A DNA stretch of 64,000 nucleotides from an uncultured Rhodobacterales bacterium (lineage in GTDB: Bacteria > Pseudomonadota > Alphaproteobacteria > Rhodobacterales > Rhodobacteraceae), in contig CAYXOX010000003.1 in assembly GCA_964466745.1 (NCBI GenBank), positions 6,193-70,192 on the forward strand, written 5' to 3'. The stretch's first letter is position 1. Every line of letters begins with the position of its first letter. The translations under genes were made by a program, and so were the position numbers. The notes beneath the pieces are model-generated. The model did no database searches. It saw nothing but the letters and a program-made list of their open reading frames with translations, and had not been told where the DNA came from. This document shows positions 27,448-35,964 of this stretch, one piece after another.

Positions 27448-28247
27448 GCCCGGGCAGAGCCCGCCGGTAACCGGAGCGCGCTCATCGCTGCAACCGACGC
27501 GGCACTTGCGGCGGCACCCTCGGCGCGGGCGGCCTCGAGCCAGAGCCGGTCCAGCGAATCCACCTCCGCCGGATCGAAGCGCTCCGCTTCTTCCCAGTAG
27601 CGCCCGGACTCGACGAAATACCCAAGCTCCCGCTCCCGCTCGAGCGCCAGTTCGACGAGGGTGCCACCGGATTCGGGGTCGGGCCGGGCAACCGAGGCGA
27701 GCGCGTCGTGCGAGGCTGGTGCGAAAAGCAGCCGGCTCTCGCCCGCCGAGAGCCGCACGCAGGCACAGCCGCGGCGCGCGGCCAGCAGCAGCAGCCGCGC
27801 CGATTTCGCCTCGAGGCTCCGCAGGCTCGGATCTGCACGGAGCGGATCCGGCGTGCCGCGCCCGTAGAAATGGGTGCGCCCGGCCGCCGGGTAGACCATG
27901 TCGCAGCCCAAAAAGGCCATCACATCCGGCTTCAGCACCGAGAGCGCCCAGTATCCGGCGCTGAACGCCATCGTGCCGCCCGCATAAAAGATGCCGCCGA
28001 AAACATTGTTTTCTTTTACATACTCCGTCGACCCAACGCAGGTCTGCCCGGGCGCGACGCGGGGTGGAAGCCGCTCGGGCGGGAAATCGTCGGGCGTGAG
28101 GAGGTAGTCCCAGTCATCCCTGACCCGCCAGGCGTTGTTGACGGCCACGATCCGCGGCAACGCGGAGCGCGGCCAGTCGCGGGCGCGCACCGCGTCGGGC
28201 GCGCTGCCGATGACGACCACGATGCGTGGCGAGGGCTGGCTGGTCAT
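27444..28247 (-). CDS. Hypothetical protein (Rossmann-like N-terminus; no family recognised with confidence)
   Basis: 267-aa ORF with good G/C third-position bias. Motifs are RIVVVIGSAPDA, AVNNAW, GGTMAFSAGYWAL and FLGCDMVY. Its stop overlaps the chrA stop by 4 nt (CTAG). Confidence 0.68.
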   Translation of the reverse strand: MTSQPSPRIVVVIGSAPDAVRARDWPRSALPRIVAVNNAWRVRDDWDYLLTPDDFPPERLPPRVAPGQTCVGSTEYVKENNVFGGIFYAGGTMAFSAGYWALSVLKPDVMAFLGCDMVYPAAGRTHFYGRGTPDPLRADPSLRSLEAKSARLLLLAARRGCACVRLSAGESRLLFAPASHDALASVARPDPESGGTLVELALERERELGYFVESGRYWEEAERFDPAEVDSLDRLWLEAARAEGAAASAASVAAMSALRLPAGSARA

Positions 28248-28332
28248 CTCGGCGGGCTCTCCTCACCGTTTCGTGGCCTCCGCGGTGCCGGGCGGCGGAG
28301 CCGGAGGTGTACCGCCGGCGGCGCTTAGCATC

Positions 28333-28872
28333 TCAGAGGCTGGCGACAAAGCCCTTCACGAAGGTGTCCACCGCCTCGAGCGAGGCCTCGTCGGTGAGCG
28401 TGCCGTCGTCATCGAAGAGCCCGCGGGCACGGCCGAGCATCAGGCGGCCGTCGAACCAGGGCCGGGTGCCCAGCGCCCGGAGCACCGGCCACCACGCATC
28501 CTGCGCGAGCATGGTGCCATGGGCCATGGGCGAGGCCCCTATCACCGCCACCGGCTTGCCGCGAAAAAGCTCGGCCGAGGGGCCGCTGGCCACCCAGTCC
28601 ACCGCGTTCTTGAAGACCCCGGGGATCGAATTGTTGTACTCGGGCGTGGCCAGCAGCAACCCATCGGCCTCCGCGAGCGCACGCCGCAGCGCGACCACCG
28701 CCTCCGGGGTGCCGGCTTCGGCTTCGAGATCCGCGTCGTAGAGCGGGATGCCGGCGATGGAGCCCGTCACCAGCCGAGCGCCCTCCGGCATCGCGTCCGC
28801 TGCCGCGCGCAGGAGGCCGGCATTGAACGATGCCCGCCGAAGGCTGCCCGAAATACCCAGTACCGTCTTCAT
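28333..28872 (-). CDS. NADPH-dependent FMN reductase family (ChrR/YieF-like quinone/chromate reductase)
   Basis: ATG 28872 gives MKTVLGISGSLRRASFNAGLLRAA...LLATPEYNNSIPGVFKNAVDW, the family signature. 179 aa. The rest of ORF 28333..29613 upstream is non-protein-like. Confidence 0.88.
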   Translation of the reverse strand: MKTVLGISGSLRRASFNAGLLRAAADAMPEGARLVTGSIAGIPLYDADLEAEAGTPEAVVALRRALAEADGLLLATPEYNNSIPGVFKNAVDWVASGPSAELFRGKPVAVIGASPMAHGTMLAQDAWWPVLRALGTRPWFDGRLMLGRARGLFDDDGTLTDEASLEAVDTFVKGFVASL

Positions 28873-29254
28873 CTTTCCCGTCCCCCGTTCGGTCCCCGCG
28901 CAAGATGGCGGCCCCGGCGCCGGGGTCAAGCCGAGGCGGCGCGCCGCGCTCCAAATGGCTCCGGCACCGCGCGCCGTATTCGTGCATGCGCGGGGGCGCA
29001 CCGGAGCGCAACCGGTCGGGCGGGCAGCCCCGCCCCCGGCCGTATCGGAAGAGCGAGGCCCCGCAGGGAGGCGGGCTTGCCTCCGGCATCCGCGATCCCG
29101 ATGATGCGCTGGCCCGCACCGAGCCCAACCACGCTGAGGAGGAACCCCCGATGGTCCGACCGCTTCCCGCCCGTCCCGACAGGCGCCGGATAACGGCGCT
29201 TCGCGCCGGCCCGTTGACCGTCGCGCCCCGGCCCGGCGCGCGGACGGGCAGGCC

Positions 29255-30109
29255 ATGACCGCCGCCGAAGGCAAGCCCTGCATCATCTGCGTCGCGATCA
29301 CCGGTTCGGTCGCCCGCAAGCGCGACAATCCGGCGGTGCCGATCACCGTTTCCGAACAGGTGGAGAGCACGCACGAGGCTTTCGAGGCGGGCGCGTCGAT
29401 CCTGCACGCCCATGTGCGCAACGACGACGAGAGCCCGAGCTCGGACCCGGGGAAGTTCGCTCGGCTGAAGGAAAGCGTGGAGGCGCACTGCCCCGGCATG
29501 ATCGTGCAGTTTTCCACCGGGGGGCGTTCGGGCGCGGGGCACGAGCGCGGCGGCATGCTGCCCCTGCGCCCCGACATGGCTTCGCTCACGGTCGGCTCCA
29601 ACAACTTCCCCACCCGGGTCTACGAGAACCCGCCGGACCTCGTGGACTGGCTTGCCGGCGAGATGATCGCCCATGACGTGAAGCCCGAGATCGAGGCCTT
29701 CGACCTCTCCCACATCTTCCAGGCCGCAAGGATGCATGCCGACGGCCGCATCCGGGAGCGGCCCTATGTGCAGTTCGTGATGGGCGTGAAGAATTCGATG
29801 CCCGTCGACCGGGAGGTGTTCGATTTCTACCTGCGCACGGTGCACAGGCTCTTCGGGGAGGATGCTCCGTGGTGCGCGGCCGGGATCGGGGCCAACCAGA
29901 TCGTCCTCAACGAGTGGGCCATCGCCGCGGGCGGCCACGCCCGCACGGGGCTGGAAGACAACGTGCGCCTCGACAAGGCCACCCTCGCGCCCTCGAATGC
30001 AGCGCTCGTGCGCCGTGCCGCCGAGATCTGCGAGGCCCACGGCCGCCCCGTGGCAAGCTGGCGCGAGGCGCGCGCCATTCTGGGCCTGCGGATGCCCGAG
30101 GCCGCCTGA
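29255..30109 (+). CDS. Beta-keto acid cleavage enzyme family (BKACE / DUF849; 3-keto-5-aminohexanoate cleavage enzyme-like)
   Basis: PCIICVAITGSVARKRDNPAVPITVSEQVESTHEAFEAGASILHAHVRN, SLTVGSNNF and GGHARTGLEDNV match the BKACE TIM-barrel Zn-enzyme pattern. Confidence 0.9.
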   Translation: MTAAEGKPCIICVAITGSVARKRDNPAVPITVSEQVESTHEAFEAGASILHAHVRNDDESPSSDPGKFARLKESVEAHCPGMIVQFSTGGRSGAGHERGGMLPLRPDMASLTVGSNNFPTRVYENPPDLVDWLAGEMIAHDVKPEIEAFDLSHIFQAARMHADGRIRERPYVQFVMGVKNSMPVDREVFDFYLRTVHRLFGEDAPWCAAGIGANQIVLNEWAIAAGGHARTGLEDNVRLDKATLAPSNAALVRRAAEICEAHGRPVASWREARAILGLRMPEAA

Positions 30110-30232
30110 CCGGGGGCCGCGGCGCGTCTGCACGCGCCCGGGCGGGCCCGGTGCCGGCACGCGCGCCGCCCTGCCCTCCGCGCGCCGGTAGGGAGGGGCA
30201 GCGGCGCGCAGGGGGCGGCTCCGCCGACCCGC

Positions 30233-31225
30233 TCAGGATGCGTTGCGCACGCGCAACTGATCGAAGGCCACCGCAGCGATCAGGACCGCGCCGCGGGTGA
30301 TCTCCTGCCAGAAGCTGGAGACGTTCATGAGCGTCAGCCCGTTGTTCAGCGTGCCGAGAATCAGAACGGCGAGCACGGTGCCCCATACCGAGCCGCGCCC
30401 GCCGTAGAGGCTGGTGCCCCCGAGGATGATCGCCGCGATCACGGTGAGCAGCTGCGAGCCCGCCGCGGTGGGCGCCGCCGCGCCGAGCATGGCCGCGAGC
30501 ACCACCCCCGCGAAGGCCCCTACCGCGCCCGAGAGCATGTAGAGCACGAGCTGAACCCGGTCGACGTTGATGCCCATGAGCCTGCTGGCGTCCGGATTGC
30601 CGCCGGCGGCGTAGATCTCGCGCCCGAAGCGCGTGCGGCTCATCACCCACCACATGAAGAGGGCGAAGAGGCTCATCACGATCAGCGGCACGGGGATTCC
30701 CATCACGCGGCCCGAGCCGAGCCAGTTGAACCCGTCAACGATCAGGGGCTTGCTGAGCCCACCGGTGAGCACGAGGGCGGCGCCGCTGTAGATACTCATG
30801 GTCCCAAGCGTCACGATCAGCGGGTTGAGCCGCAGCCGCGTGGCGAGCATGCCGTTGAACCCGCCCAGCGACATCCCGATCACGATGGCCAGGGCGCAGG
30901 CCAGCCAGATGTCGATGCCGGCCGAATAAAGCAGCGAGACGGTCACGCCCGAGAGCCCGGCGATGGCGGCCACCGAGAGATCGAGCCCGCCGGCCACGAT
31001 CAGCGGCGTGCCCGCGATGGCCATGAGCCCGATGACCGACATGTTCGAGCCGATCGACATCAGGTTGCGCGTCTGCAGGAAGAACGGCGACAGCAGGCTG
31101 AAGGCGATGAAGACGATCACGTAGAAAATGGCGAGCACCGCGACGCCCGCCCATTCCTTGCCCAGAAGCGCGCGCAGCGCCGACTGGTTGTTCGGCGCCT
31201 GCGCCGCCGCATCCTGCTGTGTCAT
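30233..31225 (-). CDS. Monosaccharide (CUT2, RbsC-like) ABC transporter permease
   Basis: Polytopic protein with GGLDLSVAAIAGLSG and ...GGTSLYGGRGSVWGTVLAVLILGTLNNGL typical of RbsC/XylH permeases. Start is at ATG 31225 (MTQQDAAAQ). Confidence 0.9.
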   Translation of the reverse strand: MTQQDAAAQAPNNQSALRALLGKEWAGVAVLAIFYVIVFIAFSLLSPFFLQTRNLMSIGSNMSVIGLMAIAGTPLIVAGGLDLSVAAIAGLSGVTVSLLYSAGIDIWLACALAIVIGMSLGGFNGMLATRLRLNPLIVTLGTMSIYSGAALVLTGGLSKPLIVDGFNWLGSGRVMGIPVPLIVMSLFALFMWWVMSRTRFGREIYAAGGNPDASRLMGINVDRVQLVLYMLSGAVGAFAGVVLAAMLGAAAPTAAGSQLLTVIAAIILGGTSLYGGRGSVWGTVLAVLILGTLNNGLTLMNVSSFWQEITRGAVLIAAVAFDQLRVRNAS

Positions 31226-31270
31226 CCGGCTCTCCCTCGGGCAGTCGAAGATTTCTCCCGCTCGGAGCTT

Positions 31271-31330
31271 GACTACCAAGCCCGTCGCCGACTAGTCAAT
31301 AAGTGGTCAGGCCACTTGGTCACTTGGTGA
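31271..31330. promoter_or_regulatory. Candidate GntR/FadR operator cluster in the divergent promoter region
   Basis: Palindrome AAGTGG-tcagg-CCACTT (31301-31317). Direct repeat ACTTGGTC/ACTTGGTG (31314-31329). An inverted ACCAAG lies at 31275-31280. Confidence 0.4.
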
Positions 31331-31366
31331 TTGCCAGGTGTGAGCGAGGGGCCGCGGACAGGCGCG

Positions 31367-32200
31367 ATGGACACAAGGGGAGGTGTGACCATTCTCGGCG
31401 ACAGCGACATCAGGCCGATAGCCAAGACGGGCGCCTCGGACTTGCTCGTCGAGCAGATCCTTGGCTTCGTGAAGGCCGGCCGCCTGAAACCCGGCGACAA
31501 GCTGCCCTCCGAACGCGACCTCGCCGAACGGTTCGAGGTCAGCCGCCCAACGGTGCGCGAAGCGATGCGGGCGCTTTCGGTGCTGGGCATCGTGGAGATC
31601 CGACACGGCGGCGGCGCCTTCGTCACCGCGCTGCGCGCCACCGAGCTGCTCGGACCGCTCAACTTCTTCCTGTCGCTCTCGGAAGTCTCCATCGAGAAAC
31701 TCTACGAGGCGCGGCGGCTCATCGAGGGCGAGATCTGTGCCCTTGCCGCCTCGCGGGTGGATGCCGCCTTCTGCGCGGAGCTGGAGGCGATGATCGAGAA
31801 ACAGGAGGTCGTGAAAGAGAATGTGGACGCCTATCTCGCGATCGACAGCCGCTTCCACGAGCGCCTCGCCGAGGCGTCGGGCAATCCGTTCCTGGCCCGT
31901 GCGGCCCAGAGCCTCAACGTGCTCGGCATCGAGTTCCGCCGCGCCTCGGCGGTAACGGGTCAGGCCCAGTCGCGTTCCATCGCAGACCACCGCCGGATCC
32001 TGGCCGCTCTGCGCGCGGGCGATGTCGCCGGTTCCCGCGCGGCGATGGAGGCGCATATGGAGCAGGTGTTCTCGACCACCCGCCGCGCGCTCGACAGGGC
32101 CGCTGTCCAGCGTGCGGAAGCCGAGGCCCCGGCCGCACCCGCCCCCGGCGTGGCCGGCACGCAACGCCCCGCCGCCCCGCCGCCGGCAAGGGAGGCCTGA
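31367..32200 (+). CDS. GntR family (FadR subfamily) transcriptional regulator
   Basis: KLPSERDLAERFEVSRPTVREAMRALSVLGIVEIRHGGGAFV is a GntR HTH, followed by an FCD-type helical C-domain and an Ala/Pro-rich tail. The start is uncertain (TTG 31331 or ATG 31367). Confidence 0.87.
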   Translation: MDTRGGVTILGDSDIRPIAKTGASDLLVEQILGFVKAGRLKPGDKLPSERDLAERFEVSRPTVREAMRALSVLGIVEIRHGGGAFVTALRATELLGPLNFFLSLSEVSIEKLYEARRLIEGEICALAASRVDAAFCAELEAMIEKQEVVKENVDAYLAIDSRFHERLAEASGNPFLARAAQSLNVLGIEFRRASAVTGQAQSRSIADHRRILAALRAGDVAGSRAAMEAHMEQVFSTTRRALDRAAVQRAEAEAPAAPAPGVAGTQRPAAPPPAREA

Positions 32201-32203
32201 GTG

Positions 32204-33160
32204 ATGCCGACCGTGGTGGTGACCGATTCGACCTTCCCGGACGTGGCGCAGGAACGGGCCGCGGCCGAGGCGCAGGGCTGCGCCTTCAGCGCCCACCAGT
32301 GCCGGAGCGCCGAGGAAGTGGCCGAGGCGATGGACGGTGCCACGGTGGCCGCGGTGCAGTTCGCTCCCGTCACCCGCGAGGCCATCGCCCGCCTCGCGCC
32401 GGGGGCTGCCATCATCCGCTACGGCATCGGCTACGACAACATCGATATCGCCGCCGCCCGGGAGCTCGGCGTGCCCGTCGGCTACGTGCCCGACTACTGC
32501 ACCGAGGAGGTCGCCGAGCACACCTGCGCCAGCCTGCTGGCGCTGCTGCGCAAGCTGCCCGCGCTCGATGCCTCGGTGCGGGCGGGCCGATGGGAGGCCG
32601 TGGCCGTCGCCCGCCCCGTCAAGCCCTTCGCCGAAACGCTGGTGGGCTTTTTCGGCTTCGGGCAGATCGGCCGCGCGGTCCACGCCCGCCTTGCGGGCTT
32701 CGGCTTCCGGTTCGCCGTGTCCGACCCGGCGCTCGATGCCGAGGCCGCCGCGGCGCTGGCGCTCGAACGGCTGGATGCCGCGGCGCTCTTCGAGCGCTGC
32801 GACGCGGTGTGCCTGCATGCCCCGGCCAACGCGCACACGAACGGCATCATCAACGCAACGACGCTGGCGGCCATGCCGTGCCACGCCGTGATCGTGAACG
32901 CAGCCCGCGGTTCGCTGGTCGACGAAGCCTCCCTCGCGGCGGCGCTCGAAGCCGGCGAGATCGGCGGCGCGGCGCTGGACGTCTTCACGACGGAACCGTT
33001 GCCGGCCGACTCGCCCCTGCGGGGCGCACCCAACCTCATGCTGTCGCCCCACGCGGCCTGGTACTCGGAGGCCGCGATCGGCCGCCTGCAGGGCCTCGTG
33101 GCCGACGACATAACTCGCCACCTGGCGGGCAAGGCCCTTCGCAAACCGGTGCCAGGCTGA
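32204..33160 (+). CDS. D-isomer-specific 2-hydroxyacid dehydrogenase family
   Basis: GFFGFGQIGRAVHARLAGFG NAD motif, NAARGSLVDEASL and LSPHAAW catalytic-His region. GGGAGG RBS is 9 nt upstream of ATG 32204 (GTG 32201 is an alternative start). Confidence 0.9.
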   Translation: MPTVVVTDSTFPDVAQERAAAEAQGCAFSAHQCRSAEEVAEAMDGATVAAVQFAPVTREAIARLAPGAAIIRYGIGYDNIDIAAARELGVPVGYVPDYCTEEVAEHTCASLLALLRKLPALDASVRAGRWEAVAVARPVKPFAETLVGFFGFGQIGRAVHARLAGFGFRFAVSDPALDAEAAAALALERLDAAALFERCDAVCLHAPANAHTNGIINATTLAAMPCHAVIVNAARGSLVDEASLAAALEAGEIGGAALDVFTTEPLPADSPLRGAPNLMLSPHAAWYSEAAIGRLQGLVADDITRHLAGKALRKPVPG

Positions 33161-33209
33161 GGCCACGCCGGAGGGAGGAGAAAACGAAATGGATCGACAG
33201 GAGGACAAG

Positions 33210-34364
33210 ATGACATTTCGGACACTGCTGGCCCTCGGGGCCTCGCTCATCGCCACCCAGGCCGCCGCGGTCGAACCCGCCGACCTTCAGGGCCAGCGTC
33301 TGAGCGACGCCGAGTTCGCCGAACTCGTCGCCGCCGCGCGCGAGGCCAACCCGCCCCGCAACGGCGACAACTACGTGATCGGCTTCGCCAACCTCGGCCG
33401 CAACGCGCCCTTCTTCCTGCTCGTCGAGAACGGCATCCTCGCGAATGCCGAGGATGCCGGCGTCGACGTGCTCGTCACCGACAACGCCTTCGATGGCGCC
33501 ACGGCGCTCGCCAACGCCGACAGCTACATCCAGCGCAATGTCGACTACGTGATCGAGTTCCAGACGGATGCGAACTTCGGCCCCGTCATCATGCAGCGCT
33601 TCGGCGCGGAGGACATTCCCGTCATCGCCATCGACATCCCGATGCCGGGCGCGACCTTCATGGGCGCCAACAACCCGCGTTCGGGCTTCATGGGCGGCGC
33701 CTATCTCGGCCAGAGTGCGCGCGAGAAATGGGGCGACGACGCGGTGATGAGCGGCTACCTCGTGGTGGGCGAGCTTCCGCAATCGGGCGCGATCCCTGCC
33801 ATGCGGACCGACGGCCAGGTGGCGGGCTTCCTCGCCGAGTATCCCGACTTCCCCGAGGACCGCGTCATCAAGATCGACACCAAGGGCACGCTCGAGGAAG
33901 GCTTCCGGGTGATGAGCGATCTCATCGGCCGCATTCCCGAGGACGCACCGATCCTCGGCCTCGCGATCAACGACCAGTCCATCGTCGGCATGCTCCGCGC
34001 CGTCGAGCAGGCCGGCCGCATCGACAACGCGCTCTTCGTGGGCATGGGCGCCGACGAGGGCGCCACCATGGCCGAGGAGGAAAGCTTCATCGCCTCGGTG
34101 GGCTACTTCCCGGAGAACTACGGCAACTACCTCGTGCCCATGGCGCTGATGGAGCTCGGCGGGCAGGACCTTCCGCCGGCGGTGCTCGTCAACCACACCA
34201 TGGTGACGCGCGGGACCGTCTGCGAGTTCTACCCCGAGGTGCCCTGTGCAGATGTCGACGAGTTGACGCTGGACTTCCCGCAGGAGGCGTTCGACGCGCA
34301 CCTCGCGGCGCAGGCCGAGAACCCCGATCTCGCGGATTACCAGGACCTGATCCCGTCCAACTGA
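33210..34364 (+). CDS. Periplasmic sugar-binding protein (type I PBP, CUT2 ABC)
   Basis: AGGAGGA RBS. Signal peptide MTFRTLLALGASLIATQAAA. VIGFANLGRNAPFFLLVENG... and ...VIAIDIPMPG match the RbsB/LacI-type PBP pattern. Confidence 0.85.
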   Translation: MTFRTLLALGASLIATQAAAVEPADLQGQRLSDAEFAELVAAAREANPPRNGDNYVIGFANLGRNAPFFLLVENGILANAEDAGVDVLVTDNAFDGATALANADSYIQRNVDYVIEFQTDANFGPVIMQRFGAEDIPVIAIDIPMPGATFMGANNPRSGFMGGAYLGQSAREKWGDDAVMSGYLVVGELPQSGAIPAMRTDGQVAGFLAEYPDFPEDRVIKIDTKGTLEEGFRVMSDLIGRIPEDAPILGLAINDQSIVGMLRAVEQAGRIDNALFVGMGADEGATMAEEESFIASVGYFPENYGNYLVPMALMELGGQDLPPAVLVNHTMVTRGTVCEFYPEVPCADVDELTLDFPQEAFDAHLAAQAENPDLADYQDLIPSN

Positions 34365-34442
34365 CGGCGGCGAGACGGCACGCCCGGCCAGGCGCCGGGC
34401 GTGCCCCACGGCAGCAAGGCACACCGGCGCAGGGAGGGCGCG

Positions 34443-35945
34443 ATGCTGCTCGAAATGAAGGGGATCACCAAGGTCTTCGGCCCCTCGCGGGTCCTCGACG
34501 AGGTGCATCTCGACCTCGAGGAAGGCGAGATCGTCGCCCTGCTCGGCGCGAACGGTGCCGGCAAGTCCACCCTCATGAAGATCATGACGGGAATATACTC
34601 CCGCGATGCGGGCACGCTGCGCGTCGCCGGCTCCGAAGTGGACATCCGCACCCCCTCCGACGCGATGGCGCTGGGCATACGCCTCGTGCCGCAAGAGCTT
34701 CAGGTGCTGCCCGATCTCAGCGTGGCCGAGAACATCTTCCTCGGAACGTTGCCCACGCGGGGCCGCTCGCCCCTGGCCACCGTGGACCGCGGCGCACTCC
34801 AGGAGCGTTCCCGCGCGATCCTTGCACGGCTCGGCATCACCGACATGGACGTCACCCGCCGCCTCGGGCGCTTCTCGGTGTCCGAGCAGCGCCTCGTAGA
34901 GATCGCACGCGCGCTCGCCGGCGAGGCGCGGATTCTCGTGCTCGACGAGCCCACGGCCTCGCTTTCGGCGCCCGAGAAGGCGCGGCTCTTCGAGATCCTG
35001 CGCCGGCTCAAGGCCCGCGGCGTCTCCATCATCTTCATCTCTCACTTCCTCGACGAGGTGTTCGAGATCTGCGACCGCATCGAGGTGCTGCGCGACGGCC
35101 GCAACGCCGGCGATTTCGTGACGGAAGAAACATCCCACCACGCGGTGCTCACCGCGATGCTGGGCCGCGAACTCACCGACCTCTTTCCCGAGCGAACCGG
35201 CCGCTTCGGCGAGGTGATCTTCGAGGCCGAGGCGCTGGGCGCCCCGCCCCGCGTGCACGACGTGGCCTTCAAGGTCAGGTCGGGCGAGATCCACGGGATA
35301 TTCGGGCTGATCGGCTCGGGCATCGAGGAAGTGGGCAAGCTGCTTTTCGCGGTGCACAAGGTGGACCGCGGCGCGCTCCGGCTCGCGGGAAAGCCCTTCG
35401 CGCCGTCCAGCGTGTCCGCCGCGATCGCGGCCGGGGTGGGCTTTGTCTCGGCCGAACGAAAATCCGAGGGCATCGTGCCCGAGCTGCCGCTCGCCGACAA
35501 CTTCACCCTTCCCTTCCTCGAACGCCACAGCGCCGCCCAGATCATCCGCCCCGCCTCGCAGCGCAGCTTCTCGAACCGCTGGATCGAGGCGTTGGGCGTG
35601 CGCACGACGGGAGCGGAGCAGAAGATCTCGGGGCTGTCGGGCGGCAACCAGCAGAAGGTGTGCATCGGCCGCTGGCTGGTGGAGGGCCTGCGCGTGCTGA
35701 TCCTCGAGGAGCCCACCCGCGGCGTCGATCTCGGCGCGCGCCGGGACATTTACGCCCACCTGCGCCGGCTGGCCGACGAAGGCCTCGCCGTGATCGTGCT
35801 GTCGTCGGACGCCGAGGAGATCGGCGGGCTCGCCGACCGCTCGACCGTGCTGATCGACGGCACCGTCGCCAAGCGCTTCGACGCGCCCGTGGATGCCCAG
35901 ACCCTCATGGCCACCGCCACCCGCGAGGTGGCCGCGGCCTCATGA
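34443..35945 (+). CDS. Sugar ABC transporter ATP-binding protein with duplicated ATPase domains (RbsA/MglA-like)
   Basis: First domain has GANGAGKST, SVSEQRLVEIARAL and LVLDEPTASL. The second degenerate domain has LSGGNQQKVCIGRWL and LILEEPTRGVD. About 500 aa. Confidence 0.93.
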   Translation: MLLEMKGITKVFGPSRVLDEVHLDLEEGEIVALLGANGAGKSTLMKIMTGIYSRDAGTLRVAGSEVDIRTPSDAMALGIRLVPQELQVLPDLSVAENIFLGTLPTRGRSPLATVDRGALQERSRAILARLGITDMDVTRRLGRFSVSEQRLVEIARALAGEARILVLDEPTASLSAPEKARLFEILRRLKARGVSIIFISHFLDEVFEICDRIEVLRDGRNAGDFVTEETSHHAVLTAMLGRELTDLFPERTGRFGEVIFEAEALGAPPRVHDVAFKVRSGEIHGIFGLIGSGIEEVGKLLFAVHKVDRGALRLAGKPFAPSSVSAAIAAGVGFVSAERKSEGIVPELPLADNFTLPFLERHSAAQIIRPASQRSFSNRWIEALGVRTTGAEQKISGLSGGNQQKVCIGRWLVEGLRVLILEEPTRGVDLGARRDIYAHLRRLADEGLAVIVLSSDAEEIGGLADRSTVLIDGTVAKRFDAPVDAQTLMATATREVAAAS

Positions 35946-35964
35946 AAAACAGGGAGAACTCGCC

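Noticed and set aside
28873-29254. Assignment of the long leader upstream of the BKACE gene to a known riboswitch class (SAM-II, ZTP, glycine, guanidine, cobalamin and others)
   Set aside because: I could not find the conserved core sequences of any class I can recall. I saw only generic GC hairpins. It is kept as a low-interest finding and not called as an ncRNA.
33036-35759. 907-aa minus-strand ORF. The same applies to 40124..42241 (705 aa), 38030..40048 (672 aa), 2115..4118 (667 aa), 28409..30160 (583 aa), 42049..43515 (488 aa) and 53136..54992 (618 aa)
   Set aside because: All are antisense shadows of well-supported plus-strand genes. They have repetitive Arg/Gly/Asp/His-rich translations and no family motifs, so I treat them as GC-driven artefacts.
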